A stretch of DNA of 64,000 nucleotides from a virus: the IMG/VR virus record IMGVR_UViG_3300027736_002225. One strand, 5' to 3'. Of the stretch, positions 45,532 through 55,155 are shown in pieces (the first letter of the stretch is position 1; every line of letters begins with the position of its first letter). The notes beneath the pieces are model-generated. The model saw only the letters and a list, made by a program, of their open reading frames with translations. It had not been told where the DNA came from and searched no databases. The position numbers were made by a program, and so were the translations under genes.

Positions 45532-46235
45532 TAGAAGATAAAATTACAATTGTTATTCCATGTAAAAATGAGGAAGACTATATTTCATTTTTACTAGATG
45601 ATTTAAAAAAACAATGTCTTGGAAGAACAAGAATTATTATTGCAGATGCCTCTACAGATAATACCCGAAAAGTTATTCAACAAAATAAAGGCGATTTGAA
45701 TATTGAAATTATAGATGGCGGGCCCGTTTCTATTGCTAAAAACAACGGAGCAAAATTAGCAACAACACCATATATACTATTCATAGATAGCGATGTAAGA
45801 TTTTTCTCAAATACTGTTATACTTGAATGCGTTTATGAATTAGAATCCAATAATTTAGATTTGATTGGATTACGTCTAAAATGTTATGATAGGGATAGAC
45901 GAGCTCAAATTGGGTTTATGTTATTCAATTTTGTAAATAACATTATGAAACATAAGGTCCCATTTGCTGTAGGATCTTTTATGCTAACTCGCAGAGACAA
46001 ATTTAAAGAATACGGTATGTTCTCTGAGAAATATGGAACCAGTGAGGATTTCTTTTTATCCAAACAATACGATACTAAGAAGTTTAAATTAGTAAAACAT
46101 TACTGCGGGCAAGATAGTAGAAGGTTTCAAAAGATGGGATACTTCGGAATGGTTTGGTATCTTGTTAAAAATTTCTGGAATAGAAATAAAGAAATATACT
46201 GGGATAAAATGGATTATTCCAAGTATTGGAAATAA
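45528..46235 (+). CDS. Glycosyltransferase family 2
   Basis: 'IVIPCKNEE', 'DASTDNT', 'FIDSD' and 'SED'. Confidence 0.88.
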   Translation: MIEDKITIVIPCKNEEDYISFLLDDLKKQCLGRTRIIIADASTDNTRKVIQQNKGDLNIEIIDGGPVSIAKNNGAKLATTPYILFIDSDVRFFSNTVILECVYELESNNLDLIGLRLKCYDRDRRAQIGFMLFNFVNNIMKHKVPFAVGSFMLTRRDKFKEYGMFSEKYGTSEDFFLSKQYDTKKFKLVKHYCGQDSRRFQKMGYFGMVWYLVKNFWNRNKEIYWDKMDYSKYWK

Positions 46236-46967
46236 CTATTCGTGAGTTGCAATAAACTCTGCTTCCGGTATTCTTGTGCGAGTGTTTTTACTTCCAAGAA
46301 CAACTACAATACGTCTACCAACATCTGTATCTAACATCATAACAATGCATCCGCCAGACGCTTTAATATATCCTGTTTTACTAACAACAAAATTATATCT
46401 TTTACCAATTATAGGATTGGTATTATTAAAGAACAACCATTTCTTTTTTAATTTTATTGATATCTTAGAAGTATTACTTGCTTCTACAATTGCAGGATAA
46501 TCTTTAGCTGCTTGTACTAATTTAATAAGATCAAGTGCAGTACTAATATTCATTACATCTAGACCAGATGCCTCTACATATTTTGTATCAAGCATATTTA
46601 AATCAAATGCTTTTTGATTCATTGCCCTGACGCACATTAATTTTCCGCCAGGATAACTATCACATAAAGCAATTGCGGCTTTATTATCCGATTTAACCAT
46701 TGCTAGTTGAATCAGTTCTTTTCGTGTGTATTGATTTATTTTTGCATCTAATGGTAGCTTCTTATCTAGTACTACCATTACAGTCATAAGCTTAGTTATG
46801 CTCGCAATTGATCTTGATGCAGTAGGATTTTCACTTTGAAGTATCTTGCCGTTGCCGTCTGCAACCAACCAACTGTCTGCAGTAATATCCATAGCAAAAA
46901 GATTGCTCGATATAAGAGCAAGTAAACATAATATAAATTTCACGTTAATCCAATTACATAGGTTCAT
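46236..46967 (-). CDS. D-Ala-D-Ala endo/carboxypeptidase, peptidase S11 (PBP7-like)
   Basis: Signal peptide; SITK, SDN and KTG catalytic motifs. Confidence 0.9.
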   Translation of the reverse strand: MNLCNWINVKFILCLLALISSNLFAMDITADSWLVADGNGKILQSENPTASRSIASITKLMTVMVVLDKKLPLDAKINQYTRKELIQLAMVKSDNKAAIALCDSYPGGKLMCVRAMNQKAFDLNMLDTKYVEASGLDVMNISTALDLIKLVQAAKDYPAIVEASNTSKISIKLKKKWLFFNNTNPIIGKRYNFVVSKTGYIKASGGCIVMMLDTDVGRRIVVVLGSKNTRTRIPEAEFIATHE

Positions 46968-47211
46968 CCGGCCCGTCGTCTCGACGAAACTTTATTCCAA
47001 TATAAGTACCGCAGGCGGCGCCAAGTGCCGCAGGTATAAGTAACATATGATCAGTCGTGTAGTTAATAACTACAAATGCACCTAAAACAGTAACAACAAC
47101 TGACCACGCACTTGCAACTACTGCTCTACTATCTGCAACAGATTTTAGATAGTATGTATAAAAAATATCTATACAAAATAAAGATAAAAAAGTAAGGATA
47201 TATTCAAACAT
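46954..47211 (-). CDS. Small multi-TM protein (85 aa; start revised to MFEYIL)
   Basis: Three hydrophobic segments; the track's start lies inside the tRNA. Confidence 0.65.
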   Translation of the reverse strand: MFEYILTFLSLFCIDIFYTYYLKSVADSRAVVASAWSVVVTVLGAFVVINYTTDHMLLIPAALGAACGTYIGIKFRRDDGPDEPM

Positions 47212-47217
47212 AGATGA

Positions 47218-47292
47218 TGGATGCGGGTGATGGATTCGCACCACCGACCTCTGGATTATGAGTCCAGCGCGCTACTACTGCGCCAACCCGCA
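47218..47292 (-). tRNA. tRNA-Met(CAT), initiator-like, isolated from the main array
   Basis: TGCGGGT acceptor, loop CTCATAA, T-loop TGCGAAT, CCA. Confidence 0.8.
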
Positions 47293-47301
47293 ATATATTT
47301 A

Positions 47302-47421
47302 TTAACGGCCCTGGCCGCGATATTTTTTATGTGACGTCTTTTGCGTCTTATTCATAGACGATGTCTTTACTCGTCCGCCTTGTTTGGTGCGCTTTTTAAC
47401 GCTTTCAATTTTCTTACTCAT
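47302..47421 (-). CDS. Small basic protein ending KKYRGQGR (39 aa; not in ORF track)
   Basis: MSKKIESVKKRTKQGGRVKTSSMNKTQKTSHKKYRGQGR*; ATGA overlap with the upstream gene. Confidence 0.7.
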   Translation of the reverse strand: MSKKIESVKKRTKQGGRVKTSSMNKTQKTSHKKYRGQGR

Positions 47422-47708
47422 AGTTCACTTTCATTAATTTCAGGATCTTTTCCTGCGTTGTCGGTTCCACGCCTAAAGCTTTGGCCGGTTAAAGCTTTTG
47501 CTTTACTTGTAGAATGAGATCTACCACATTCATTACATATTGCATAGTATTGTTTATGTATAACCGGGCCACCGACCCATTTATAATTTGTTTCTTTTAC
47601 ATTATATTTAATGTCTTTGAACTTATTCTTACATTGAACAGAGTCACATAATGCTTTTCCTGTTACTGGGTCTATAAAGACAACAGGCCCGTTCAATTGT
47701 CTTTTCAT
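47418..47708 (-). CDS. Hypothetical zinc-ribbon protein (96 aa)
   Basis: CDSVQC...CNECG. Confidence 0.6.
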   Translation of the reverse strand: MKRQLNGPVVFIDPVTGKALCDSVQCKNKFKDIKYNVKETNYKWVGGPVIHKQYYAICNECGRSHSTSKAKALTGQSFRRGTDNAGKDPEINESEL

Positions 47709-48043
47709 ATAGTCTTTGTTATATTAGCAAAGGTTGTAAATTGTTCTTTATTTTCTGGAACAACTTCAGTAATTTTTAATGATTCAATTGCTTTGTTATA
47801 ATCTTTAACCATAGAGTCAACTAATTCGGTCATCCAAACTATGCTCTTTTCATCTAATTGCAATTTGTGATCTTTTACATATGGGACATAGGGAAATAAT
47901 GCTAGTTGCATATCCCCGCCTGGGTTTGCGGGATCCCTTGCCATTGTAATCATAAAAGGTTTGTGTATTGTCAATGTATCTTGCAATCGAGAAACATCGC
48001 CAACCAATTCTTCACCGGTAACTAATTTTAAAATTTTAATCAT
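47705..48043 (-). CDS. Sm-like domain phage protein (112 aa)
   Basis: 'IKILKLVTGEELVGDV...LFPYVPY'; late promoter at 48108-48115. Confidence 0.65.
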   Translation of the reverse strand: MIKILKLVTGEELVGDVSRLQDTLTIHKPFMITMARDPANPGGDMQLALFPYVPYVKDHKLQLDEKSIVWMTELVDSMVKDYNKAIESLKITEVVPENKEQFTTFANITKTI

Positions 48044-48221
48044 ATTGTTTCCATAAATTCAAAAGCTTCAATCTCATTATAAAACATCCTTATTATAATG
48101 TCATTAGTATTTATATTCAAGCAAATTATAAGTATTTGATCAACTAGGGTGCTGACCTTTACATGCCAACACCTAGTTTAACTGCACCTAAAGTACAAAA
48201 GTTATTTTTCACAAAAGAATA

Positions 48222-48356
48222 TTATAGAATACCTTTGCGATTTAGAAATACAATTCTGCGCTCTAGATCAAAATGATCTGTTGCTTTTGCCAAATATAAT
48301 TCCGAGTCTTTTTTAGGTGTTAGTGATTTAATGATCTGTTTCCAAATTTTTTGCAT
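48222..48356 (-). CDS. DUF3563-like small protein (44 aa; not in ORF track)
   Basis: 'ELYLAKATDHFDLERRI'; agga RBS. Confidence 0.6.
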   Translation of the reverse strand: MQKIWKQIIKSLTPKKDSELYLAKATDHFDLERRIVFLNRKGIL

Positions 48357-48365
48357 TTTATATCC

Positions 48366-48875
48366 TTACAGATTTTCTTCTGTAAGAAATTGAGGCTTGC
48401 TAGATTTTTTTGCAGGTTTTACTGCAACTTCTACCTCATCTTTCACATCAATTTTCTTTGGTTTCTTGTGCTCAGGAATAATACGCTCAAGAGCAATCTT
48501 TAGCATACCATTAATTAAAGCAGCATCTTTAATTTCAATTTGGTCGTTAAGAGCAAATGTTCTTGTGAAATTACGTGAAGCGATTCCTTTGTACAACCAC
48601 TCTAGTGCGTCGTTGTCCTCAGCTGCATTGCCTTTGATAACGAGTTTATCGTCAACAAATTCAATTTCGATTTCTTGTTTAGAAAATCCAGCAACAGCCA
48701 TTTCGATAACATATTTGTTCTCGTCTGTTTTCTTAATGTTGTATGGAGGATAGCTGGGAATGTTTTTAGTAATGTCATCATGAATTTGCGCCATTCGAGT
48801 AAATTGATTGTCAAAACCAACAAAAAATTTATCAAAGTCCTTAAAGCCAGGACCGAATACTGATAGATGTGTCAT
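48366..48875 (-). CDS. Small heat-shock protein Hsp20/IbpA (start revised to MTHLSV)
   Basis: 'SYPPYNI...IEMAVAGF...KGIASRNFTRTF...NGMLKIALERIIPE'; ggag RBS. Confidence 0.93.
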   Translation of the reverse strand: MTHLSVFGPGFKDFDKFFVGFDNQFTRMAQIHDDITKNIPSYPPYNIKKTDENKYVIEMAVAGFSKQEIEIEFVDDKLVIKGNAAEDNDALEWLYKGIASRNFTRTFALNDQIEIKDAALINGMLKIALERIIPEHKKPKKIDVKDEVEVAVKPAKKSSKPQFLTEENL

Positions 48876-48876
48876 A

Positions 48877-49098
48877 TTAATCTCCCTTTTTTGTAATGCC
48901 AGTAATTGTATTTGCAAATGTTTCTGTAGCAACGGTCATAACGTCATTAGCAGACTTAGCAATTTGTTTTGTAAAGACACGTTGTGCCTCAACGAAATCA
49001 ACTAAAGGTTTAAGAAGGGATTCTTCCTTAACTGTTTGTTTGAGGAAGTTAATTTTGGCGTTTTGAATTGAATCAATAGCCATGTTTGAATAAAACAT
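48877..49098 (-). CDS. Phasin-like small helical protein (73 aa)
   Basis: 'IDSIQNAKINF...FVEAQRVFTKQIAK'; aggag RBS. Confidence 0.55.
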   Translation of the reverse strand: MFYSNMAIDSIQNAKINFLKQTVKEESLLKPLVDFVEAQRVFTKQIAKSANDVMTVATETFANTITGITKKGD

Positions 49099-49109
49099 AT
49101 AGTTTCTCC

Positions 49110-49350
49110 TAATAAGCGAGTGTTTTAATAATGTGCTACCCCGAAGGCGTAGCGTTTGTTCCTGCTTACTTTATACAGGGCCAACTAACGAGTGGCAGTG
49201 AAATATCTCGGACGCCTTATACCGTAGCATCAAACAGCCCTAAGGTGGGTACCTTGAAGAACGGATACGCCAGGGAATCCGCCGTGTTATTAGTGTGCGT
49301 TTTAACTTGTGGCGTAGGTCGCACCCCCTGCCATCCCATCCCGGGGATAA
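49110..49350 (-). ncRNA. Structured ~240-nt leader/ncRNA after a late promoter
   Basis: TATAAATA at 49354-49361 followed by GC-rich hairpins including GCTAC-g-CC-TTCG-GG-GTAGC. Confidence 0.5.
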
Positions 49351-49356
49351 AATTAT

Positions 49357-49680
49357 TTATACAGTAAACGAACTACCGCATCCACAAGTATGCTTAGCAT
49401 TTGGATTTGTTATAACAAATTCCTTTGACATAAAAGAACCTTTATAGTCAATGACAGCCCCTGTTAAGTATTGCATACTAATAGCATCTATTAGTAATTT
49501 AAAATTGTCAAGCGGTATTTCAAAATCATCTTCATTTTTTACATGATCTAACGTAAACCCATAATTAAATCCTGAGCAGCCACCACCTTGGACAAAAGTT
49601 CTAAGACAAGCCTCGGGATTGTCTTCTTCAATTAATATGTCTAGTATTTTAGACTTTGCAGCATCTGTTACTGTAATCAT
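49357..49680 (-). CDS. A-type Fe-S carrier (IscA/ErpA/HesB)
   Basis: 'GGGCSGFNY' and 'NPNAKHTCGCGSSF'. Confidence 0.93.
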   Translation of the reverse strand: MITVTDAAKSKILDILIEEDNPEACLRTFVQGGGCSGFNYGFTLDHVKNEDDFEIPLDNFKLLIDAISMQYLTGAVIDYKGSFMSKEFVITNPNAKHTCGCGSSFTV

Positions 49681-50035
49681 GGATCGCTGCCTTTATAGCA
49701 TCTTCTGCTAGAATTGAACAATGTATTTTAACTGGAGGGAGGGCTAGCTCTTTTGCAATTTGTGAGTTTTTGATGTTAGCAGCATCATTAATATGCATAC
49801 CCTTAACCCACTCAGTAACCAACGACGAACTCGCGATTGCTGAACCACATCCATATGTCTTGAAACGAGCATCTCTAATAAAACCATTATCATCCACTTT
49901 TATTTGTAATTTCATTACATCGCCGCAAGCCGGTGCACCGACCATTCCCGTTCCTATACCGGATTCGTTTTTATCAAAGCTTCCAACGTTTCTTGGATTT
50001 TCGTAATGATCGAGAACAGTTGTTGAATATGACAT
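49649..50035 (-). CDS. iscU: Fe-S scaffold IscU (start revised to MSYSTTVLDHY)
   Basis: 'HYENPRNVG', 'GAPACGDVM', 'GCGSAIASSS' and 'LPPVKIHCS'. Confidence 0.95.
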   Translation of the reverse strand: MSYSTTVLDHYENPRNVGSFDKNESGIGTGMVGAPACGDVMKLQIKVDDNGFIRDARFKTYGCGSAIASSSLVTEWVKGMHINDAANIKNSQIAKELALPPVKIHCSILAEDAIKAAIHDYSNRCCKV

Positions 50036-50055
50036 ATAGTTATTTATACGGATTA

Positions 50056-50484
50056 TTAGTCCGTAGTTTGCTTTTTCTTGCCAATATTGTATTTTGTTTG
50101 TAAAGACCATTCATGTTTGTCTTTAAAAGCAATTACTTTAATCTGCGATAATGGAGCAAGTTGTTGAAACAATTCTGCTTTTATAACTTTTACTAAACCC
50201 CAATCTATTAGCAATTTAGCAATTGTATTACGTCGCTCCAGATCATTATCCGTTAGATCGGCAGATTTGCCATCTAACGCAAACAATTCTTTAAAGTGTA
50301 CAATAAAATATCTGCCCTGTTTATGCAGAATATGACACGATTGATATAGCACCTTATCTTTTCGTGATGCCACGCCAATACGTGTGAGTGTTTCTCGGAC
50401 TTTTAAAAAGTCGTCCGGTTGAGTTAAGGTTACTTCTAATGGATTATAACCAGGAAAATCAATGTGAAAAATATCTTCAGCCAT
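50056..50484 (-). CDS. regA: RegA translational repressor
   Basis: 'DDFLKVRETLTRIGVAS...LYQSCHILHKQGRYFIVHFKELFALDG'. Confidence 0.95.
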   Translation of the reverse strand: MAEDIFHIDFPGYNPLEVTLTQPDDFLKVRETLTRIGVASRKDKVLYQSCHILHKQGRYFIVHFKELFALDGKSADLTDNDLERRNTIAKLLIDWGLVKVIKAELFQQLAPLSQIKVIAFKDKHEWSLQTKYNIGKKKQTTD

Positions 50485-50923
50485 TCCTACCACCTTTTAT
50501 TAGTTTTATTCTTAAATAATCTAATTTATTTTTATCAAAGAGTGGGAGTACTTGGCGTGCTTTTTCTGTGCTATATCCATAGTATTCCTTTATCACTTCG
50601 ATCGCTTCAATTTTCTCAGCCTTAATCCATTTATTGAATCTTTTTTTGGGCCTAATTATATTTATTAAAAACGAATTTTGAAGCTTTTTATCGAGATGAG
50701 GACGGGAATTCATCTCATTTGCTGGAATTACTGTGTCGTGACCGTATGAAAGTCCTTTATTAATGATAAACGGATTATATTGTTTCTCAGACCAATCGTC
50801 AACTATTAAATTATCCTTAGAATAATGAATAGCATTAATAAAATCGAAAGGCGATATTGCTGGCGCCTTATAGGGCGTTACTGTTATTTCTTCTTTTGGC
50901 TTACCTAAAAAATCTAAACTCAT
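50477..50923 (-). CDS. 62: Clamp loader small subunit gp62
   Basis: 'YNPFIINKGLS...ANEMN...KRFNKWIK...YYGYSTEKA'; synteny. Confidence 0.9.
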   Translation of the reverse strand: MSLDFLGKPKEEITVTPYKAPAISPFDFINAIHYSKDNLIVDDWSEKQYNPFIINKGLSYGHDTVIPANEMNSRPHLDKKLQNSFLINIIRPKKRFNKWIKAEKIEAIEVIKEYYGYSTEKARQVLPLFDKNKLDYLRIKLIKGGRNG

Positions 50924-50934
50924 AGCATTTACTG

Positions 50935-51876
50935 TTATTTAAATTCAACAGAAGCCATAATCTCAGTTAAGCATGCAACCAAATTAATTTCTTGATCTGC
51001 GCAAAATGCGGACTTATATTGATAATCAGCAAGTAATAGAATCAATTGCGGAACCTGTACTACGCTATCGCAGAAAGTATCATAGAACTTTCTAAATAGA
51101 GTTTGCGGATCATTGTCAATGTTATTAACAACCCATGTACGCATTTTCTTCCAGTCTTTATCTTTAAGAGAAGAAACCAATTCCTGCATATTGGCTTCGC
51201 CCATATTAACAAGAATGCCTTCGTCAATTTTACCTGAAGAACTATAACGCTGCATTTCATTTAGAATACGACGATAATCAGGGAAATGCTTTTCAATTAC
51301 TTTTGCTGCAACCTTTTGATCGAAGTCAACATTCTCATGCTTAAGAATTTCGCATACTCGTTTAAAGAACGCGCCAGCAATCTTAGGCTTTTCGCTCTTA
51401 GGTAATTTAAATTCTATAACAGTTGTTCTAGAATGAAGCGGAGGAATAATACGATTCTTAAAATTACAAGTAAAGATGAACCTGCAATTCGATGAGAATT
51501 CTTCCATAAAAGCACGAAGTGCCGGTTGTGTAGAATTTGGATTCAAATAATCCGCTTCATCTAGAATAACTACTTTTGCTTTACCGCTAAATGATACAGT
51601 AGATGCAAATTGTTTAATTTTTGTTCTTAGAACATCAATACCAGATTCTTCTGAACCGTTAATGATGATATAATCAGTTTGTAACTCTTCGCATAATGCT
51701 CGGGCAATAGTAGTCTTACCCATACCAGCACCGCCGCACAATAGCATATTTTGAATCTCTCCTTTGGAGAGCATTTCCTGAAAGACCTTCTTTTGATCTG
51801 CAGGAAGAATACAATCTTCTAATGTGCGTGGCCGATACTTTTCAACCCACAAAAACTCTTGTTCACGAATATCCAT
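50935..51876 (-). CDS. 44: Clamp loader ATPase gp44
   Basis: 'LWVEKYRP', 'GMGKTT', 'ILDEADYL' and 'LHSR'. Confidence 0.95.
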   Translation of the reverse strand: MDIREQEFLWVEKYRPRTLEDCILPADQKKVFQEMLSKGEIQNMLLCGGAGMGKTTIARALCEELQTDYIIINGSEESGIDVLRTKIKQFASTVSFSGKAKVVILDEADYLNPNSTQPALRAFMEEFSSNCRFIFTCNFKNRIIPPLHSRTTVIEFKLPKSEKPKIAGAFFKRVCEILKHENVDFDQKVAAKVIEKHFPDYRRILNEMQRYSSSGKIDEGILVNMGEANMQELVSSLKDKDWKKMRTWVVNNIDNDPQTLFRKFYDTFCDSVVQVPQLILLLADYQYKSAFCADQEINLVACLTEIMASVEFK

Positions 51877-51912
51877 AATAATCCCATAATATTAAATTTT
51901 GTAAGGCACAAA

Positions 51913-52107
51913 TTAATTATTAGAAACAATAATTGTATCTTCTAATTCTTTTTTCAATGCTGCAATTCTTTCTTCCAAAACAGAAATTGCTGTATTATAA
52001 TGACCCGTCCCTTCTTTCAAACGGTCAAAATAATACCTACGCAAAGTTTCTGCTTCTGTTTCTAGAACTGCGATATATTCTTCATTTGATGTATGGAAGA
52101 TTTTCAT
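51913..52107 (-). CDS. Hypothetical protein (64 aa)
   Basis: Coupled ORF between genes 45 and 44. Confidence 0.6.
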   Translation of the reverse strand: MKIFHTSNEEYIAVLETEAETLRRYYFDRLKEGTGHYNTAISVLEERIAALKKELEDTIIVSNN

Positions 52108-52760
52108 ACTACAGAATCCGGTTCCATTGCAATAAAATATTCTACAGATTTTGTAGCGTGTTTAAAGTGAAACAATTTCTTTTTAGAGATTGTAATTTCA
52201 TAAGCATCAGGAATTACTTTAAAATTATCTACAGACATATGGCATTCAAATGCATCTTTGCTTGAACCAATTGTACGTTTATACGTATTTGCTGTATCAT
52301 TTTTCTTATCCCCTACAGTAAGGACAACATTGCCATCCTTAGATGTTACTGAGATTGTTGGGGCAGCTGTAATGTTTGCTGCTTTAATAATCATATTAAT
52401 ATCTTCTGCGGTCAAGCTGAACTTGAAGTGAGAATCAATTTCAATAGATTTATCTGGAGCTGAAACAATAACGCTTGCGTTAGAATAGAAGTATTCAAAC
52501 TTGCCATTGTTCTTAGAAATGGTCAAAGACTTTTCACCGAATTCAACATCTTGATTTTCCATCAATGTTAGCAAAGCCAACAAAGAGTTTAGATCATAGA
52601 CAGGAACTTCAACAGGAAAGTCTTCAGCCACAGTTGCTTTAGCAAAAATGTTTTTTGCTGTACTGATTGTGGACAAAGTCTTTCCTTTACGAATCAAAAT
52701 GTTACTGTTGATCGCAGCAAAATTCTTTAATAGTTGGATTGTTTCATTACTAATTTGCAT
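52104..52760 (-). CDS. 45: Sliding clamp gp45
   Basis: 'ISNETIQLLKNFAAINSNI...YDLNSLL...YFIAME'. Confidence 0.93.
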   Translation of the reverse strand: MQISNETIQLLKNFAAINSNILIRKGKTLSTISTAKNIFAKATVAEDFPVEVPVYDLNSLLALLTLMENQDVEFGEKSLTISKNNGKFEYFYSNASVIVSAPDKSIEIDSHFKFSLTAEDINMIIKAANITAAPTISVTSKDGNVVLTVGDKKNDTANTYKRTIGSSKDAFECHMSVDNFKVIPDAYEITISKKKLFHFKHATKSVEYFIAMEPDSVV

Positions 52761-52779
52761 AATATTTCCTTTTCAATTT

Positions 52780-53088
52780 TCAAACAGGGTGGTGGTCAAT
52801 AGTTTTATCTGTATCGTTGACTTCGATATCATGTACATATAAAAGCATCAATGCGTAGTGTAACACCTTTAGAAGGTCTTGTCTATTCCTTCCTGCTTTT
52901 TTTCCGTACCTTTGGACATATTTCATGACGTTCCCTGCGGTGAATCCAACGCCATGTCCATTATCAATAATAAATTCCGTTGCTTGAAATTTATTCATTG
53001 AATAGTGTTGACCATATGTTTTATCAATATAGTCTTTAAATTCCTTAATAAGTTCGCCTTCGTTGTACTTATAATTTATTTCCGCCAT
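52780..53088 (-). CDS. DUF3310-like (nucleotide-kinase-like) protein
   Basis: 'TYGQHYS...GNVMKYVQRYGKK...DLLKVLHYA'. Confidence 0.75.
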   Translation of the reverse strand: MAEINYKYNEGELIKEFKDYIDKTYGQHYSMNKFQATEFIIDNGHGVGFTAGNVMKYVQRYGKKAGRNRQDLLKVLHYALMLLYVHDIEVNDTDKTIDHHPV

Positions 53089-53801
53089 GGTAAATTTCCA
53101 TTATATAATTTGTTCATATGTTCATTTCCTCTAAGGAAGAACTCCGCTTGCACCGAATCTGATCTGTTTCCTGCTCTATAGTTAACAGTATACTTACCGG
53201 TTGCTGCAGCCTCAATTGTATTGTCTTTTAGTGTATATGTCAATGCTCGATCAACTTCAGGTTGATCGTCGGGATGTCTTGCGCGTCTATACCAAATAGG
53301 AGACAATTGTAATGCCAATGGTTTAGCAAAAAAGAAACAATTAACATCGACAAAGTAATCGTCTATAACTGATTTATAGTCTCCTAGACTTTCACAGTCA
53401 TCGTTGCAAATAAATTTGCCATCCGAATCCACAATCTTTCTTAATGAGTATGCCCATTGTTTATCTCCAATTGCATTCATTAGATTTTCAATGTGATCTG
53501 GTTCTAACCAATTATCCTCATCCAAGTAGCAGATATAGTCGCCTTTAGCAAGATATGTACTTGCGCCATAAATTCTATGGCCATTATATTGTTCAAGTCC
53601 CGTTGCATATGGTAATACCATATAATCAAGATTTGGATGGTTAAAATCTAATATTTGTTTTGTTGCATCAAATGATCTGTGTTCACCATCTACAACAACT
53701 AGATGTTGTATGTTTTTATAGGTTTGTTTTGCAACTGATTCTATATTCTTTCTTAAATATTTAGAACCAGTTGTTGCCGTAACAATAGTAACGTCTGTCA
53801 T
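53076..53801 (-). CDS. Glycosyltransferase family 2
   Basis: 'SVAKQTY...VVVDG...YLDEDNW'. Confidence 0.85.
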   Translation of the reverse strand: MTDVTIVTATTGSKYLRKNIESVAKQTYKNIQHLVVVDGEHRSFDATKQILDFNHPNLDYMVLPYATGLEQYNGHRIYGASTYLAKGDYICYLDEDNWLEPDHIENLMNAIGDKQWAYSLRKIVDSDGKFICNDDCESLGDYKSVIDDYFVDVNCFFFAKPLALQLSPIWYRRARHPDDQPEVDRALTYTLKDNTIEAAATGKYTVNYRAGNRSDSVQAEFFLRGNEHMNKLYNGNLPWRK

Positions 53802-54445
53802 ACGTCTCTCACATAGAATTCATTCTGCTCAATAACTTTATCTTTAGTCCAACCAAATTGAGATAAATAATCTTCAATTTCAGCATTCTTCCAATTGTTC
53901 TCAATAACCAATAATTTAGTTTTATATTTTGTAGTATCAAAAGATTTTAATACATCCAATTCTGTTCCTTCAGTATCAATGGTGATAAAATCAATAACAG
54001 GGTGTTCAAAATAATTTTCAATAATCCAATCTAAACGTCTTGAAGGTACATTAATTTTAAGTTCTTGCGGATCAAGCCCCATTTCTTTATGCGCTTCTAC
54101 TAATTTTTGATCTACCTGCAAACCACTCATACCGCCCCATGGTTGGTGCCCTTGGTTTTGATAGTTGCAGTATACTATTGTAAATTCTGCATCATTTGTA
54201 TTTTCAGTAGATACTGCACAATTTAATGCCTGCTTTCTTTTTTCTTCACAAGAATCAAAAAATCTAGGGCCTGGTTGTGGTTCTATTACTAAACAATCCC
54301 ATCCTAATGATTTCTCAAAATAATATGTGTTTGAATGAGTAATACCATCACTGCCGCCAACCTCAATACATTTACCAACGTATCCTTTTGGAAAATATTC
54401 CTCAATGAATTTATCTTCTTCGGAAGAACCATAATATTGTGCCAT
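53798..54445 (-). CDS. FkbM-family methyltransferase
   Basis: 'IEVGGSDG...IEP...IDTEGTELDVL'. Confidence 0.88.
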   Translation of the reverse strand: MAQYYGSSEEDKFIEEYFPKGYVGKCIEVGGSDGITHSNTYYFEKSLGWDCLVIEPQPGPRFFDSCEEKRKQALNCAVSTENTNDAEFTIVYCNYQNQGHQPWGGMSGLQVDQKLVEAHKEMGLDPQELKINVPSRRLDWIIENYFEHPVIDFITIDTEGTELDVLKSFDTTKYKTKLLVIENNWKNAEIEDYLSQFGWTKDKVIEQNEFYVRDV

Positions 54446-54456
54446 ATAATTTGCCT

Positions 54457-55155
54457 TTAATTTATAAGAATGCCGTTACTGAATTTAAATTCTTTTGGAG
54501 TGTTTTCTGGATTATACCCATTACATTCTTTAAGTGTTGGCGGATATAATGGTACATCATCCTCATTATATCCGTTGCCACAAAAATCATAAGGGTTTGC
54601 TAATTGTTTTCGTGTTTCGCCGAACCAACCTTCATTCATAGAATGTATCATTGCATTATCTCTAACCATAGGCCATATAACTTCTTTTAAGAATATTTGA
54701 TCGCCTAGATAATATGCAAAATTTTTCATATAATAATACATTAGATTATACATTGGATTATTAAATCTACCTTTATATCCAAAAGCACATCCTATGATAG
54801 GGAATTCGTAATGAGCTTCATGATCTTGAAATGTATGGAATTTTTTATCAGAGTTTAACCATTCATTAACTGCTCGTTGTTCTCTGATAGTTATTCTGCT
54901 ATCGGAATCTCGGACAATTACAACATTATCATCTGATTCAAATAAAGCTTTAAATCTCCAGAACATACCATAACTGTCATCTGTTACTTCTATAATATTA
55001 GCATCAGTTAGATTTTCAAACTTTCGTTTGTCGTCAGTATAAATTCTAAATTCCCAATCAGGGTAAAATTCTTTTGCCAATTCATATTGTCGATTGGCAC
55101 CAACAATGTAGCGGGGCGAATCGCCCCACACAGATATAGATATAATCTTTCTCAT
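54457..55155 (-). CDS. Glycan-related hypothetical protein (start revised to MRKIISISVWG)
   Basis: 'GMFWRF...VRDSDSR...DQIFL'. Confidence 0.6.
   Translation of the reverse strand: MRKIISISVWGDSPRYIVGANRQYELAKEFYPDWEFRIYTDDKRKFENLTDANIIEVTDDSYGMFWRFKALFESDDNVVIVRDSDSRITIREQRAVNEWLNSDKKFHTFQDHEAHYEFPIIGCAFGYKGRFNNPMYNLMYYYMKNFAYYLGDQIFLKEVIWPMVRDNAMIHSMNEGWFGETRKQLANPYDFCGNGYNEDDVPLYPPTLKECNGYNPENTPKEFKFSNGILIN

Noticed and set aside
49131-49367. Plus-strand 78-aa ORF
   Set aside because: Opposite to all neighbours, no RBS, and overlaps a hairpin-rich leader behind a minus-strand late promoter.
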